A stretch of DNA of 64,000 nucleotides from Alphaproteobacteria bacterium (GTDB lineage: Bacteria > Pseudomonadota > Alphaproteobacteria > UBA828), in assembly GCA_965214705.1 (NCBI GenBank), contig OZ243972.1, positions 1,664,001 through 1,728,000 on the forward strand. The letters run 5' to 3'. The position numbers were made by a program, and so were the translations under genes. Positions 50,716-63,169 of this stretch are shown piece by piece. Every line of letters begins with the position of its first letter. The stretch's first letter is position 1. The notes under the pieces were generated by a model. It had not been told where the DNA came from and searched no databases. It saw nothing but the letters and a program-made list of their open reading frames with translations.

Positions 50716-51672
50716 ATGGCGACCGTGCTTCAGACAGACTTCGCCTGGCCCGACGTGAGCATCGAGCGTGCGGTGATCGAAGACGCCGGCCACATACTGG
50801 TGGCGGGCCCTTCCGAGCCAAGCCCGGCGGAGGCGGTCGAAGCCATGGTGGATGAACACGACCCCGCCGCCATCCTCACCTGCTGGGCCCAAATCTCCGC
50901 CGCCGCGATCGCACGCCCCTCGGCACTCAAGATCGTGCAGCGACTGGGCGTCGGGCTCGACAACATCGCGGTGGACGCGGCGACCGCGCGCGGCGCTTGG
51001 GTCGCCAACGTGCCGGACTATTGCGTAGAGGAGGTCTCGGACCACTCGGTGGCCATGGCCTACGCCTGGTTCCGCGGCGTCGTTCACTTCGACCGTGCCG
51101 TGAAGACGGGCGAGTGGGACCCCTCCGGCGCCCGCCTTCGCCGCGGCGCGACGCTGACCGCCGGCATCCTCGGCATGGGGCGCATCGGGCGCTGCACCGC
51201 GCGGAAGCTGGACGCGCTCGGCATGACCGTGCTGGGCCACGATATCGCCGCACCGCCGGAGGCCGTGCCGGCGCAGATGGTCGGGCTCGACCGGCTCGCT
51301 GCGGACTCCGACATCATCGTCGTCCACCTGCCGCTCACCGACGCGACGCACCACCTGGTGGACGCGGCGTTCCTCGCCGGCGTCAAGCCGGGCGCCTTCC
51401 TCATCAACGTGAGCCGCGGGCCGGTGGTCGACAACGATGAGCTGATCGAGGCGTTGGAGGCCGGCCGGCTCGCCGGCGCCGGCCTGGACGTGGTGGAGGG
51501 CGAGCCGAGCCCGCCCGCCGCGCTCGTCGCCCGTGCCGACGTGATCGCGACACCGCACGTGGCCTTCTCCTCCGATGCCTCGCTGGCGGAGCTCAGGCAG
51601 CGGGGCGCGGAGGAGGTGGTGCGGGTGCTCGCCGGCGACGCGCCGGTGAACGCGTGCAACCGGATTGACTGA
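50716..51672 (+). CDS. D-2-hydroxyacid dehydrogenase (CtBP-like)
   Basis: GVGLDNI, NVPDYC.EEV, GMGRIG, NVSRG, TPH. Confidence 0.9.
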   Translation: MATVLQTDFAWPDVSIERAVIEDAGHILVAGPSEPSPAEAVEAMVDEHDPAAILTCWAQISAAAIARPSALKIVQRLGVGLDNIAVDAATARGAWVANVPDYCVEEVSDHSVAMAYAWFRGVVHFDRAVKTGEWDPSGARLRRGATLTAGILGMGRIGRCTARKLDALGMTVLGHDIAAPPEAVPAQMVGLDRLAADSDIIVVHLPLTDATHHLVDAAFLAGVKPGAFLINVSRGPVVDNDELIEALEAGRLAGAGLDVVEGEPSPPAALVARADVIATPHVAFSSDASLAELRQRGAEEVVRVLAGDAPVNACNRID

Positions 51673-51715
51673 CGGGCCAGGGCGCTCGTATCGCGCACCG
51701 GCAAAGGAGGGGCCG

Positions 51716-52114
51716 ATGACCGTGCCTGGGCCAGCCATCGTCGATCAGGCCACGCTCGATTGGGAGGGGGGAGAGGACGCCAACCTCGCCACGGGCAGCG
51801 GCATCCGCTGGAAGCTGCTGATCGCTGGTGAGAGCACGCAAAGCGTCGGTCTCATCACCGGGATCGCGGAGATCACGCCCGGCGCCAAGCTCATGCGCCA
51901 CCACCACGAGCCCGCCGAGACCTACTACATCATGAGCGGGCGCGGGGAGATGGAGATCGAGGGGCGCACGCAAGCGGTGGGGCCCGGCTGCGCCATCTAC
52001 ATCCCGCCGGACGCACGCCACGCCATCCGCTGCACCGGCACGGAGCCATTGGTCTTCGTGTTCTCCTTCCCGCGCGATCGCTTCGACCAGATCGTCTACC
52101 ACTTCGATCATTAG
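51716..52114 (+). CDS. Cupin resembling DddK/DddW DMSP lyases
   Basis: GIRWKLLI, GIAEITPG, HHHEPAETYY, IYIP..ARH, FP.DRF..IVY. Confidence 0.7.
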   Translation: MTVPGPAIVDQATLDWEGGEDANLATGSGIRWKLLIAGESTQSVGLITGIAEITPGAKLMRHHHEPAETYYIMSGRGEMEIEGRTQAVGPGCAIYIPPDARHAIRCTGTEPLVFVFSFPRDRFDQIVYHFDH

Positions 52115-52216
52115 CACGTGAAGTTAGGCCGCGCGCGTTGACTCGGTTCCGCCTCCGGGGCTAAATCTCAGGCGCTGATACGGCCCGGCTCAGGGCCGGA
52201 TTTCGGGGGTGAATTC

Positions 52217-52633
52217 GTGGCAGATCAATCAAGCGGTGGCGGCACCCGCGCGCGACCGATCTCGCCCCACCTCACCATTTATCGGCCGCAGCTCACCTCG
52301 GTGCTCTCGATCCTGCACCGCATGACCGGCGTGATTCTGGCGTCCGGCGCCGCGATGCTCTGCGCCTGGCTGCTGACCGCCGCCGCAGGCGAGCGCTATT
52401 ACGACTGGACCGCGTGGTTCCTCACCTCGTGGCTCGGCTACGCGCTGCTGGCCGCCTGGTCCTGGTGCCTGTTCTATCACCTCTGCAACGGCGTCCGGCA
52501 CCTGTTCTGGGATGCCGGGATGTGCCTCTCGCTCCGCGAGACCTACGGCTCGGGCATCGCCGTGGTCGTCGCTTCGTTCGTGCTGACCGGGCTCTCCTGG
52601 GGCCTCGGCATCGCCTGCAATCTGGCCGGCTGA
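52217..52633 (+). CDS. sdhC: Succinate dehydrogenase cytochrome b556
   Basis: RPISPHLTIY, SILHRMTG, HLCNGVRHL.WD. Confidence 0.95.
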   Translation: MADQSSGGGTRARPISPHLTIYRPQLTSVLSILHRMTGVILASGAAMLCAWLLTAAAGERYYDWTAWFLTSWLGYALLAAWSWCLFYHLCNGVRHLFWDAGMCLSLRETYGSGIAVVVASFVLTGLSWGLGIACNLAG

Positions 52634-52641
52634 GGCGCGTC

Positions 52642-53025
52642 GTGGCTTTGCAAACTCCGCTCGCCAAGGTTCGCCACCTGGGCTCCGCCAAGGAAGGCGT
52701 CAACCACTGGTGGTGGCAGCGGCTGACCGCGATCCTGCTGGTGCCGCTCTCGCTCTGGTTCGTGGGCTCGCTCTGGTCGCTCATCGCGGCGGGCGCGGAC
52801 CGCGACGACTTCGTCGACTGGCTCTCCGGCCCGGTCGCGGCGGTGCTGATGCTGCTCTTCCTGGGCGCGACCTTCTACCACCTGAAGCTCGGCCTGCAGG
52901 TGGTGATCGAGGACTACGTGCACGGCAAGTGCAAGTGGGTGCTGCTGATTCTCAACACGTTGCTCTGCCTCGTGCTCTGCCTCGCCTCGCTCTACTCCGT
53001 GATCCTGATTGCGGTGCAGGGGTGA
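52642..53025 (+). CDS. sdhD: Succinate dehydrogenase membrane anchor
   Basis: [26 protein letters not shown]. Confidence 0.95.
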   Translation: MALQTPLAKVRHLGSAKEGVNHWWWQRLTAILLVPLSLWFVGSLWSLIAAGADRDDFVDWLSGPVAAVLMLLFLGATFYHLKLGLQVVIEDYVHGKCKWVLLILNTLLCLVLCLASLYSVILIAVQG

Positions 53026-53029
53026 GCGG

Positions 53030-54823
53030 ATGACGTCGGCCTATCCCATCGCCGAGCACCACGACGACGTGGTGGTGGTGGGCGCCGGCGGCGCCGGCCT
53101 GCGCGCAACTCTCGGCCTGGCCGAAGCCGGGCTGCAAACCGCCTGTATCAGCAAGCTCTTCCCGACCCGCAGCCACACGGTGGCGGCCCAGGGCGGCATC
53201 TCGGCAGCACTCGGCAACATGGAGGAGGACGACTGGCGCTGGCACATGTACGACACCGTCAAGGGGTCGGACTGGCTCGGCGACCAGGACGCGATCGAGT
53301 ACCTGTGCAAGGAAGGCCCGCGCGCGGTCATCGAGCTGGAGCACTACGGTGTGCCCTTCTCGCGCACGCCGGACGGCAAGATCTACCAGCGCGCCTTCGG
53401 CGGCATGTCGCTGAACTACGGCGAGAAGCAGGCGCACCGCACCTGCGCCGCCGCCGACCGCACCGGCCACGCCATCCTGCACACGCTCTACCAGCAGTCG
53501 CTGCGCCACAAGGCCGCGTTCTTCATCGAGTATTTCGCCCTCGACCTGGTGATGGACGAGGAAGGCGCCTGCCGCGGCGTGCTCGCCTGGAACCTGGACG
53601 ACGGCACGCTGCACCTCTTCCGCGCCCACATGGTGATCCTGGCCACCGGCGGCTACGGTCGCGCCTACTTCTCCGCGACCTCGGCCCACACTTGCACGGG
53701 CGACGGCAACGCCATGGTGCTGCGTGCAGGACTCCCGCTGCAGGACATGGAGTTCGTGCAGTTCCACCCCACCGGCATCTACGGCTCCGGCTGCCTGATG
53801 AGCGAGGGCGCACGCGGCGAGGGCGGCTATTTGATCAACTCCGACGGTGAGCGCTTCATGGAGCGCTACGCGCCCAACGCAAAGGACCTCGCCTCGCGGG
53901 ACGTGGTGAGCCGCGCGATCACCATGGAGATTCGCGAGGGGCGCGGCTGCGGGCCCGAGAAGGACCACATGCACCTGAAGATGGACCATCTCGGCGCGGA
54001 GGTGCTGAACGAGCGCCTCCCCGGCATTACCGAGACGGCCCGCATCTTCGCCGGCGTCGAACCGTTGGAAGAGCCGGTTCCGGTGATTCCGACCGTCCAC
54101 TACAACATGGGCGGCATTCCCTGCATTTACACTGGCGAGACGGTGACGGTGCGGGACGGCGACCCGGATTCCGTGGTTCCCGGCCTGATGTCGGTGGGCG
54201 AGGCGGCCTGCGTCTCGGTCCACGGCGCCAACCGCCTCGGGTCCAACTCGCTGCTCGATCTGGTCGTGTTCGGCCGCGCGGCGGCGCAGCGCTGCGCCGA
54301 GATCGTCGAGGCCGGCGCGCCGCACAAGCCGATGCAGAACGGCGTGCTCGACAAGAGCCTCGACTGGTTCGACCGGCTGCGCCACGCCAAAGGCGCCACA
54401 CCCACGGCGGCCATCCGCCTCGACATGCAGCGCACCATGCAGGAGCACGCCGGCGTCTTCCGCACCCGCGACATCATGGAGGAGGGCGCGCGCAAGCTCG
54501 ACGGCGTCTGGGACGGGTTCCGCAACGATATCGGCGTCGCCGACCGCTCGCTGATCTGGAACTCCGATCTCGCCGAGACCATCGAGCTTGACAACCTGAT
54601 GCGGCAGGCGAGCGTCACCCTGCACTCAGCGCTCAATCGGGAGGAAAGCCGCGGCGGCCATGCGCGCGAGGATTTCCCGGACCGCGACGACGAGAAGTGG
54701 CTCAAGCACAGCGTCGCCTGGCTCGACGACGACGGCGCGACCAGGCTCGACTACCGGCCGGTGCACATGCATACGCTCAGCAACGAGGTCGAGACCATTC
54801 CTCTCAAGGCACGGGTCTACTAG
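53030..54823 (+). CDS. sdhA: Succinate dehydrogenase flavoprotein
   Basis: [23 protein letters not shown]. Confidence 0.97.
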   Translation: MTSAYPIAEHHDDVVVVGAGGAGLRATLGLAEAGLQTACISKLFPTRSHTVAAQGGISAALGNMEEDDWRWHMYDTVKGSDWLGDQDAIEYLCKEGPRAVIELEHYGVPFSRTPDGKIYQRAFGGMSLNYGEKQAHRTCAAADRTGHAILHTLYQQSLRHKAAFFIEYFALDLVMDEEGACRGVLAWNLDDGTLHLFRAHMVILATGGYGRAYFSATSAHTCTGDGNAMVLRAGLPLQDMEFVQFHPTGIYGSGCLMSEGARGEGGYLINSDGERFMERYAPNAKDLASRDVVSRAITMEIREGRGCGPEKDHMHLKMDHLGAEVLNERLPGITETARIFAGVEPLEEPVPVIPTVHYNMGGIPCIYTGETVTVRDGDPDSVVPGLMSVGEAACVSVHGANRLGSNSLLDLVVFGRAAAQRCAEIVEAGAPHKPMQNGVLDKSLDWFDRLRHAKGATPTAAIRLDMQRTMQEHAGVFRTRDIMEEGARKLDGVWDGFRNDIGVADRSLIWNSDLAETIELDNLMRQASVTLHSALNREESRGGHAREDFPDRDDEKWLKHSVAWLDDDGATRLDYRPVHMHTLSNEVETIPLKARVY

Positions 54824-54846
54824 GGCCCCGGCAAGGTCGGTCACCG

Positions 54847-56614
<1,768 letters not shown>

Positions 56615-56632
56615 CGTACACGACACATGCTG

Positions 56633-57273
56633 TTATGCAGGATGACGAGTTATGAAATCTCTCACGCCTTGCAAGAATAGTGCGACCTGATCTTTAGTAT
56701 ATTCAGAATAATGGCCATGCGCTGCTTTATTTCTTAGATCTAGCCAAGCAGTTACGTTTTTCTGGTCTAGTTTAGAATACGCCGCTTGCTTGGCTAACTC
56801 CGAATTTAATTCATCTGTTTTCCTAGCTTTGCCACCACGCTCAACGCTAATGTTGTGCTTGTTACACAAGTTTCTGATATGAACTTCGAGTGTGCTGCCG
56901 GTTATTACAGCGGCGGCATCTTTGTACTTGTTATCCAACAAATGCGTGGCCATTTCTAGGTAATCACCAAACACATTGCCATGTAATAACTCCTCCACCG
57001 ACTGAAGGTAGCCATTGCGGATGTCAGAAAGAAGTGCTTTTGCTACTCCCCCATCTCTTTCTCCAAATATATCACATCTCGATACTGTTTTTTTCTGAAC
57101 TCTACGATGCTCATGTAGTACGGAGAATTTGAGCCCGAAGCTCTTTCCACTGCAGCAACACACCGAGTTCGCAGGTCGGCAATTTCTGTACGATTGGGAG
57201 GGGCCGGTTGAGCAAGGCGCGTTTGGTACTCAGAGACAATGTCTGTCAATTGCTGTTCGAAGACTTGTGTCAT
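56633..57273 (-). pseudogene. Low-GC HEPN (DUF4145-like) gene, frameshifted at a G5 run near 57050
   Basis: ORFs 57043..57273 and 56633..57163 join as ...LEKEMG/VAKALL...; YKDAAAV..G..LE, LRNKAAHG. Confidence 0.75.
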
Positions 57274-57308
57274 TAGCGTTCCATGCTGTTAGACGATTTC
57301 CTTGTTCC

Positions 57309-58217
57309 CTAACCCGCTGCTTCGAGCCAGTGGCGGGCGATTTCCTCGCGCGTTGCGAACCAGACGCCCTCGTGCGCCTGCGCGTGCTCGATGAAGCGGC
57401 TGAGCCCCGCGATGCGGCCGGGGCGGCCGATCATGCGAGGGTGCAGGCCGATGGACATCATCTTCGGGCAGGTCGCTGATTCCGCATAGAGCGTGTCGAA
57501 GCTGTCCCGCGCGTATTGATAGAAGTGCTCGGCGGTGAGGAAGCCGGGCGCCGTCCAGAAGGAGAAGTCGTTGATATCGCACGTATAGGGCACCACCAGA
57601 TGGCGCTTGCCCGAGACCTCCACGAAGTAGGGCAGGTCGTCGTTATAGGCGTCGGAATCGTAGATGAAGCCGCCGTCCTCCACCACCAGCTCGCGGGTGT
57701 GGACCGAGGGCCCGAAGCGGCAGTACCAGCCCACCGGCCGCTTGCCGCAGGTGCGCTCGAAGGATTCGATGGCGAGCCGGATGTGCTCGCGCTCCTCCTC
57801 GCGCGAGAGTCGGAACACTTCCTCCCAGCGCCAGCCGTGGCTGCACACCTCGTGGCCGCCGGCGACGACCGCGCGGGCGACCGCTGGGTTCTGTTCGAAG
57901 GCGACGGCGCAGGCATAGAAGGTGGACTTGATCCCAGTCTCGTCGAAGAGGCGCAGGAGGCGCCAGACACCGGCGCGGGAGCCGTACTCGAACATCGATT
58001 CCATGGCGAGGTTGCGGTAGCTCTCGGGCAGCGAGTAGTTGCCGAACTCGGTGAGTCCTTCCTGGTGCGCATCGCCCATGGCGTGTGAATACTCCGAGCC
58101 TTCCTCGTAGTTGACCACCACCGAGATCGCGAGCCGCGCCCCGTTCGGCCAGGGGATCGCCGGCGGGTTGGCGCCGTAGCCCACCAGATCGCGTCCGCCT
58201 GAAGATACCTCCACCAT
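57309..58217 (-). CDS. PuuE-like allantoinase/polysaccharide deacetylase
   Basis: RDLVGYG..PP...WP, NYEEGSE, FEYGSRAGVWR, SIGLHPR. Confidence 0.85.
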   Translation of the reverse strand: MVEVSSGGRDLVGYGANPPAIPWPNGARLAISVVVNYEEGSEYSHAMGDAHQEGLTEFGNYSLPESYRNLAMESMFEYGSRAGVWRLLRLFDETGIKSTFYACAVAFEQNPAVARAVVAGGHEVCSHGWRWEEVFRLSREEEREHIRLAIESFERTCGKRPVGWYCRFGPSVHTRELVVEDGGFIYDSDAYNDDLPYFVEVSGKRHLVVPYTCDINDFSFWTAPGFLTAEHFYQYARDSFDTLYAESATCPKMMSIGLHPRMIGRPGRIAGLSRFIEHAQAHEGVWFATREEIARHWLEAAG

Positions 58218-58409
58218 GATGCTCCTCCGTTCCCCTGCTGCTCCCGCCGAAGCGTTTCCGTTTTACACGGAACCGCTCCGGCAGTTTTTCGCTCACGGCG
58301 GCCGGCCTGCGGCCGGCGCCTCCGCGAGGGCGCCGCTAACGCGGCGGGCCGCGGTCGCGGCCTGTTGCGAATCCGTCAACGACGGCCTCGCTCCCGTCAT
58401 CATAGAGCG

Positions 58410-59669
58410 TTACGGGGCGCCGTCGTAGTAAGCCTGGAGGATGGCGACCACGCCATCGCGGCTGTATTCGGGCGGGATCGCCTCGCCGCCTGCGAACATC
58501 TCGCGCAGCCGGGTGCCCGAGATGCGGAGCTTGCCGTCGTCGCTCTGGCGGCAGGGCCGGCCTTCGGCATCGCCGGTCGCCACCGCCGCCACCGCGCGAT
58601 GGCGTTCATCCTCGGCTGGCGGGTTCGTCCCGCCGTCGGCGGCAAAGCACACGTTCCCCGTCGCCATGCCCTGGCAGTCGAAGCAATGGAAGGTGTCGTC
58701 GATCTTGAGCGGCCGGATGGCGAGGCTGCCGGCGCCGATCTCGTCGAAGATGCAGTGCGCGTCGTAAGGCCCGTAGTAGCCACCGAGCCCGGCATGGTCG
58801 CGCCCGATCACCAGGTGCGAGCACCCGAAATTCTGGCGGAAGAGAGCGTGCAGCAGCGCCTCCCGCGGGCCGGCGTAGCGCATCTCGATGGGATAGCCGG
58901 CCTGGATCACCGTCCCTTCCGCGAAGTGGTTGGCGACCAGCCAGTCGATGGCGCGGACCCGGACGTCGGCCGGGATGTCGCCCTGCTTGAGCGCGCCGAG
59001 CACCTGATGAATCAGCACCCCGTCGCACACCTCAAGTGCAACCTTGGCGAGGAACTCGTGACTCCGGTGCATGGGGTTGCGGGTCTGGAAGGCGGCGACC
59101 GTGGACCAGCCCTTCTCGGCGAAGAGCGCCCGGGTCTCGGCGGGGCGCAGGTAGAGCCCCCGGTAGGTCTCGGGAAAGTGGCCTTCCGAGAGCACCGAGA
59201 CCGAACCCGCGAGGTTGACGGCGCCCTGCGCCATGACCTTGGCGACGCCGGGGTGGGCCTCGTCGGAGGTCCGGTAGACCTCGCGGCATTCGAGGGCCTC
59301 GTCGATGGCGTATGTCTCGCTGACCGTGAGGACGCCAAGGATCTCCCCGTCCGCGTCCGTCAGTGCCACCTCGTCGCCGACGGCCACGGCGAAATCCTCG
59401 TCGCAGGAAACCGTGATGGGCAGCGGCCAGAAGAGCCCGTTCTCCAGGTGCATCTCCAGGCATGCGCCGCGCCAGTCGGCCGCGCCCATGAAGCCTTCGA
59501 GCGGCGTGTAGGCGCCCATGGCGAGCATGAAGAGGTCCGAGACCTCGCGGGTGGAAAGCGGCAGCCGCTTCAGGGTGCGCGCCCGCTTCAGGGCCTCGTC
59601 CCGCTCCTCTCCGGGCAGCAGCAGGGGCTTCAGGGCGGCGTCGCCATGCGGGGGGATCAGCGTCGACAT
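58410..59669 (-). CDS. sat: Sulfate adenylyltransferase (ATP sulfurylase)
   Basis: FQTRNPMHRSHE, MRYAGPREA, IGRDHAG, ISGT. Confidence 0.93.
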   Translation of the reverse strand: MSTLIPPHGDAALKPLLLPGEERDEALKRARTLKRLPLSTREVSDLFMLAMGAYTPLEGFMGAADWRGACLEMHLENGLFWPLPITVSCDEDFAVAVGDEVALTDADGEILGVLTVSETYAIDEALECREVYRTSDEAHPGVAKVMAQGAVNLAGSVSVLSEGHFPETYRGLYLRPAETRALFAEKGWSTVAAFQTRNPMHRSHEFLAKVALEVCDGVLIHQVLGALKQGDIPADVRVRAIDWLVANHFAEGTVIQAGYPIEMRYAGPREALLHALFRQNFGCSHLVIGRDHAGLGGYYGPYDAHCIFDEIGAGSLAIRPLKIDDTFHCFDCQGMATGNVCFAADGGTNPPAEDERHRAVAAVATGDAEGRPCRQSDDGKLRISGTRLREMFAGGEAIPPEYSRDGVVAILQAYYDGAP

Positions 59670-59675
59670 GGGGCG

Positions 59676-59870
59676 TCAGCGCCGGTTGGCGACTTCCTTT
59701 CGAATCTCCTTCGACTTGGCTTCGGGCAGAACCCAGATTGCGCCGGCCATCAGCGGCCCCAGGGCGAGGGTCACCCAGCGCACGATCCCGGTGCTGTCGT
59801 CGAGGAAAAACACCGCCACGCACAGCGCGAGGGCGAGCACGGAGACGAGAATCTTGTAGTTGCTGGGCAT
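59676..59870 (-). CDS. Small two-TM membrane protein
   Basis: 64-aa hydrophobic ORF in operon with sat. Confidence 0.65.
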   Translation of the reverse strand: MPSNYKILVSVLALALCVAVFFLDDSTGIVRWVTLALGPLMAGAIWVLPEAKSKEIRKEVANRR

Positions 59871-59890
59871 CGCTCAGGTCCTTCGCAATC

Positions 59891-60196
59891 TCAGGTGGAG
59901 TCGAACGCGTCGATTGCTGCGGCCACGTCTGCGCTCGTCATCTCCCACGTGTTGTCGAAGTTCGCCACGACGCCGCGCATGAATGGCTCGACAAGCTCGA
60001 GGGCGCGGGCCTCCTCGCCCGCACCGAGGTGATCGGCCAGGATCGCGAGCGCGAGCTGACGCGACTGCGCGCCTTCATAGGTCCACTCGAAGCCGGTCTC
60101 GCTGAAGCGCCGTATGTCGAGCCTCTGGTCCAGGAGCTCGCCGTCAACGGTGACCACGAGCCCGTCGATGGTGCGATCCCCGGCGTATCTCTTCAT
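59891..60196 (-). CDS. DUF6166-like hypothetical protein
   Basis: MKRYAGDRTIDG...GFEWTYEG...LALAILADH. Confidence 0.7.
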   Translation of the reverse strand: MKRYAGDRTIDGLVVTVDGELLDQRLDIRRFSETGFEWTYEGAQSRQLALAILADHLGAGEEARALELVEPFMRGVVANFDNTWEMTSADVAAAIDAFDST

Positions 60197-60373
60197 GGCG
60201 TTGCTCCGAAGCGGGGCTGATCGTCGCCCATCGTAGAATCGTCCGCGCCACACACGCCATGGCCGCGGTGAGAATGGCGGGCTAGCATACCGGCATCCGG
60301 GCAACCGGGACGCGCTGCCGCAATCGTCGAAGCATCCCATTTCCGAACATGCTTTCGCGTATCGGAGCCGCAC

Positions 60374-61057
60374 TTGAGCGTGAGTGAGAGAGAGTCGGAT
60401 GCGGGCCTGCGCACGGACCCGGACCGCAGCCTCACGGACCAAGCATACGTCGCGCTCGAGGAGATGATCTGCACGCTCAGGCTCGAGCCCGGCGAGGTGC
60501 TCTCCGAAGGTGCGCTTTCGAAGACGCTGGGCATCGGACGCACGCCGGTGCGCGAGGCGTTGCAGCGCCTGGCGCGGGAAGGGCTGGTCACGGTGCTCCC
60601 CCGGCGCGGTGTCCTGGTCTCGGAGTTCAACGTGGGCAAGCAGCTCCGGATGCTGGAGGTGCGCCGCGAGCTAGAGCGGCTGATGGTTCGCTCTGCCGCG
60701 TCTCACGCAACGACCGAAGAGCGCGCCCGCTTCGCGGCTATCGCCCGCGCGATATACGAGAGCGCCGATGCGGGCGACGACATCCGCTTCATGCGCCTCG
60801 ATCGCGAGTTCAACGTGCTGGTGAGCCTGGTGAACCGCAACGAGTTCGCAGCCGAAGCGATCTCGTTGATGGCCGGCCTTTCGCGGCGGTTCTGGTTCAT
60901 GTACCACCGCCAGGACGGCGATCTCTCGTTGATTGCTCGACTCCATGCCGACATCGCCAACGCGATCGCGGCGGGAGACGAGGCGGCGGCGGCAATGGCG
61001 AGCGATGCCCTGCTCGAATACATCGAATCGATCACCCGGGCGGCGGTGGATTGGTGA
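60374..61057 (+). CDS. GntR (FCD) transcriptional regulator
   Basis: GRTPVREALQRL...PRRG. Confidence 0.92.
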   Translation: MSVSERESDAGLRTDPDRSLTDQAYVALEEMICTLRLEPGEVLSEGALSKTLGIGRTPVREALQRLAREGLVTVLPRRGVLVSEFNVGKQLRMLEVRRELERLMVRSAASHATTEERARFAAIARAIYESADAGDDIRFMRLDREFNVLVSLVNRNEFAAEAISLMAGLSRRFWFMYHRQDGDLSLIARLHADIANAIAAGDEAAAAMASDALLEYIESITRAAVDW

Positions 61058-61215
61058 GCGGCATGGCGATGCCGAAGCCTTCGCGCCTGCACGCCGCAAT
61101 ACCCTCGATCAGAGCTGCAGCATCCTTGTTTTGTCGTTGATATTCGACTAATATATTACTCTCGGAATGCCTTGGCGCGCCGGCGCTCAAGCACGGGGGC
61201 ACAGGGGACACAACC

Positions 61216-62019
61216 ATGGAACTCGCGAACTCACCGATGGACGAGCGCCAGCGGATCTACCGTGAGGTCTACCGGGAGCGCATCGCGGCCTGGTACAACG
61301 GCTATCTGCACGTCGCGATCATCTACCTCATCGGCGCCTGCGCGCTCTACGTCTGTCTCTCCCATGTCGGGACCATGCTGTGGTGGGAGTGGCTCACGAT
61401 CCCCGTGGTGCTGCTGGCGAGCAACATCTTCGAATGGCTGCTCCATGTCCAGGTGATGCACCGGCCGCGCAAGTGGAAGGGGTTCCGCGCCATCTACACG
61501 CGGCACATGCTCATGCACCACCAGTTCTTCACCGACAAAGAGATGCGCTTTGCCGGCCAGCATGATTGGCGGGTGACCGTCTTCCCGCCCTACGCGCTTG
61601 TCGTGTTCATCCTCATGTCGACGCCGCCGGCGCTGATCGCAGGCTTTGTCATCTCTGCGAACGTGGGTTGGCTCGTCATCGCCACCACGACCAGCCTCTA
61701 TCTGCTCTACGAGTTCATGCACTTCTGCTGTCACATCGGCGAGAACCGGTTCGTGCGCTACTGCCCGTTCGTGAACACGATCCGGCGCCACCACGCGGCG
61801 CACCACAACCAGTCGATCATGATGGAGCGGAACATGAACCTGACGTTCCCCATCGCCGACTGGATGTTCGGGACGTCGGATCTCGATCGCGGCCTGCTCG
61901 GGCACCTCTTCAATGGCTACTCGACGAAGTACGTCAAGTCCGACATGCGCAAGAGCGCCCGGACCCCGAAGGTGAAGGCTCACTCTCCGGCCGATGCGAC
62001 GGCGGCCAGCCCCGCCTGA
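61216..62019 (+). CDS. Fatty acid hydroxylase/sterol desaturase family protein
   Basis: His boxes EWLLH..MH, HMLMHH, EFMH..H, RRHHAAHH. Confidence 0.85.
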   Translation: MELANSPMDERQRIYREVYRERIAAWYNGYLHVAIIYLIGACALYVCLSHVGTMLWWEWLTIPVVLLASNIFEWLLHVQVMHRPRKWKGFRAIYTRHMLMHHQFFTDKEMRFAGQHDWRVTVFPPYALVVFILMSTPPALIAGFVISANVGWLVIATTTSLYLLYEFMHFCCHIGENRFVRYCPFVNTIRRHHAAHHNQSIMMERNMNLTFPIADWMFGTSDLDRGLLGHLFNGYSTKYVKSDMRKSARTPKVKAHSPADATAASPA

Positions 62020-62230
62020 GGCCGACGCGCCCACGGGCGCCTGAAGACGGACACGCATGACTCGCGGCGGCGCCGGATACCGGTGCCGCCGCAGCGCGTT
62101 TCCGGGCGCGGCACGGACCGGTTTCCACCCGAACGCAGCTGCCATGCACGCGACCGGGTCACGCCAAGGACCGCTTTCGGCAAACTCTGGTAACGTGCCT
62201 CGCAGAGCACCGCGAGCAGGGAGAAGAGCC

Positions 62231-63133
62231 ATGACCAGCCACGCGACCGGGGACGGAGGCATTCCGCCCAGAGATGCGGCGGCGCGCGGGCTGAAGCGGG
62301 TCATGACCCTGGGGGGTGCCTACGGCACCCGCAACTACACCGTGAAAGACCTGCGCGATCAGAAGGGAAAGCGCGCGCTGGTGGAGACCCTGCCGTTCTC
62401 CCCGGAGGAAGCGGCGGCCGCCGAGGAGGCCGGCATCGATACCATGAAGGCGCGCTTCGATCCCCGCCAACCCGATCTCACGGCGGCGATCCGGCGCGCA
62501 GCCCCCAACACGTTCATGGCCTTTTCCGTGCCGCTCGTTGCCGCCGCGAGCGAGGTCGAAGCGGTCCGCATCGGCTACGACGCGATGGCGCTCGGGGCGG
62601 ACGCGATCATGTGCCAGTGGAGCCCCCGCTTCGTGGCGGCGGCGGCCGACGCGGGCATCCCAATCCAGGGCCACGCGGGGCTGGTCCCCCGCAAGAGCAC
62701 ATGGACCGGGGGCTTACGCGCGGTCGGGAAGACCCTCGACGAGGCGATGTGGGTCTATCGCGAGATCAAGGCCCTCGAGGACGCCGGCGCCTACGCGGTG
62801 GAGGTCGAGGTCATCCCCGCGCAGCTGCTGGTCGAGATCAGCAAGCGCACGCGGCTGCTCACGTCGTCCATCGGGGCGGGCAGCGGCGGGGATATCCAGT
62901 TCCTGTTCGCCGACGACATCCTCGGCAACAACCCGCCTCCCTACCCCCGGCACTCGAAGCAGTACCGCCACCTCTACAAGATGAAGCAGGCGATGCAGGC
63001 CGAGCGGCTGGCCGGATTCCGGGAATTCGTCGCCGATGTCCGCGAGGGCCGTTTCCCCGGACCGGAGCACATCGTCAACGCCTCGGACAACCTCGTCGAT
63101 TCCTTCGTCGATGCGGTCGAGTCCGCCAGTTGA
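62231..63133 (+). CDS. PanB-like (ketopantoate hydroxymethyltransferase fold) protein
   Basis: IPIQGHAGLVP, RAVGKT, LEDAGAYAVEVE, SIGAG, F...VREGRFP. Confidence 0.75.
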   Translation: MTSHATGDGGIPPRDAAARGLKRVMTLGGAYGTRNYTVKDLRDQKGKRALVETLPFSPEEAAAAEEAGIDTMKARFDPRQPDLTAAIRRAAPNTFMAFSVPLVAAASEVEAVRIGYDAMALGADAIMCQWSPRFVAAAADAGIPIQGHAGLVPRKSTWTGGLRAVGKTLDEAMWVYREIKALEDAGAYAVEVEVIPAQLLVEISKRTRLLTSSIGAGSGGDIQFLFADDILGNNPPPYPRHSKQYRHLYKMKQAMQAERLAGFREFVADVREGRFPGPEHIVNASDNLVDSFVDAVESAS

Positions 63134-63169
63134 ACCGCCCCCGACCCCGTTAACGCAGGAGACGATCCG

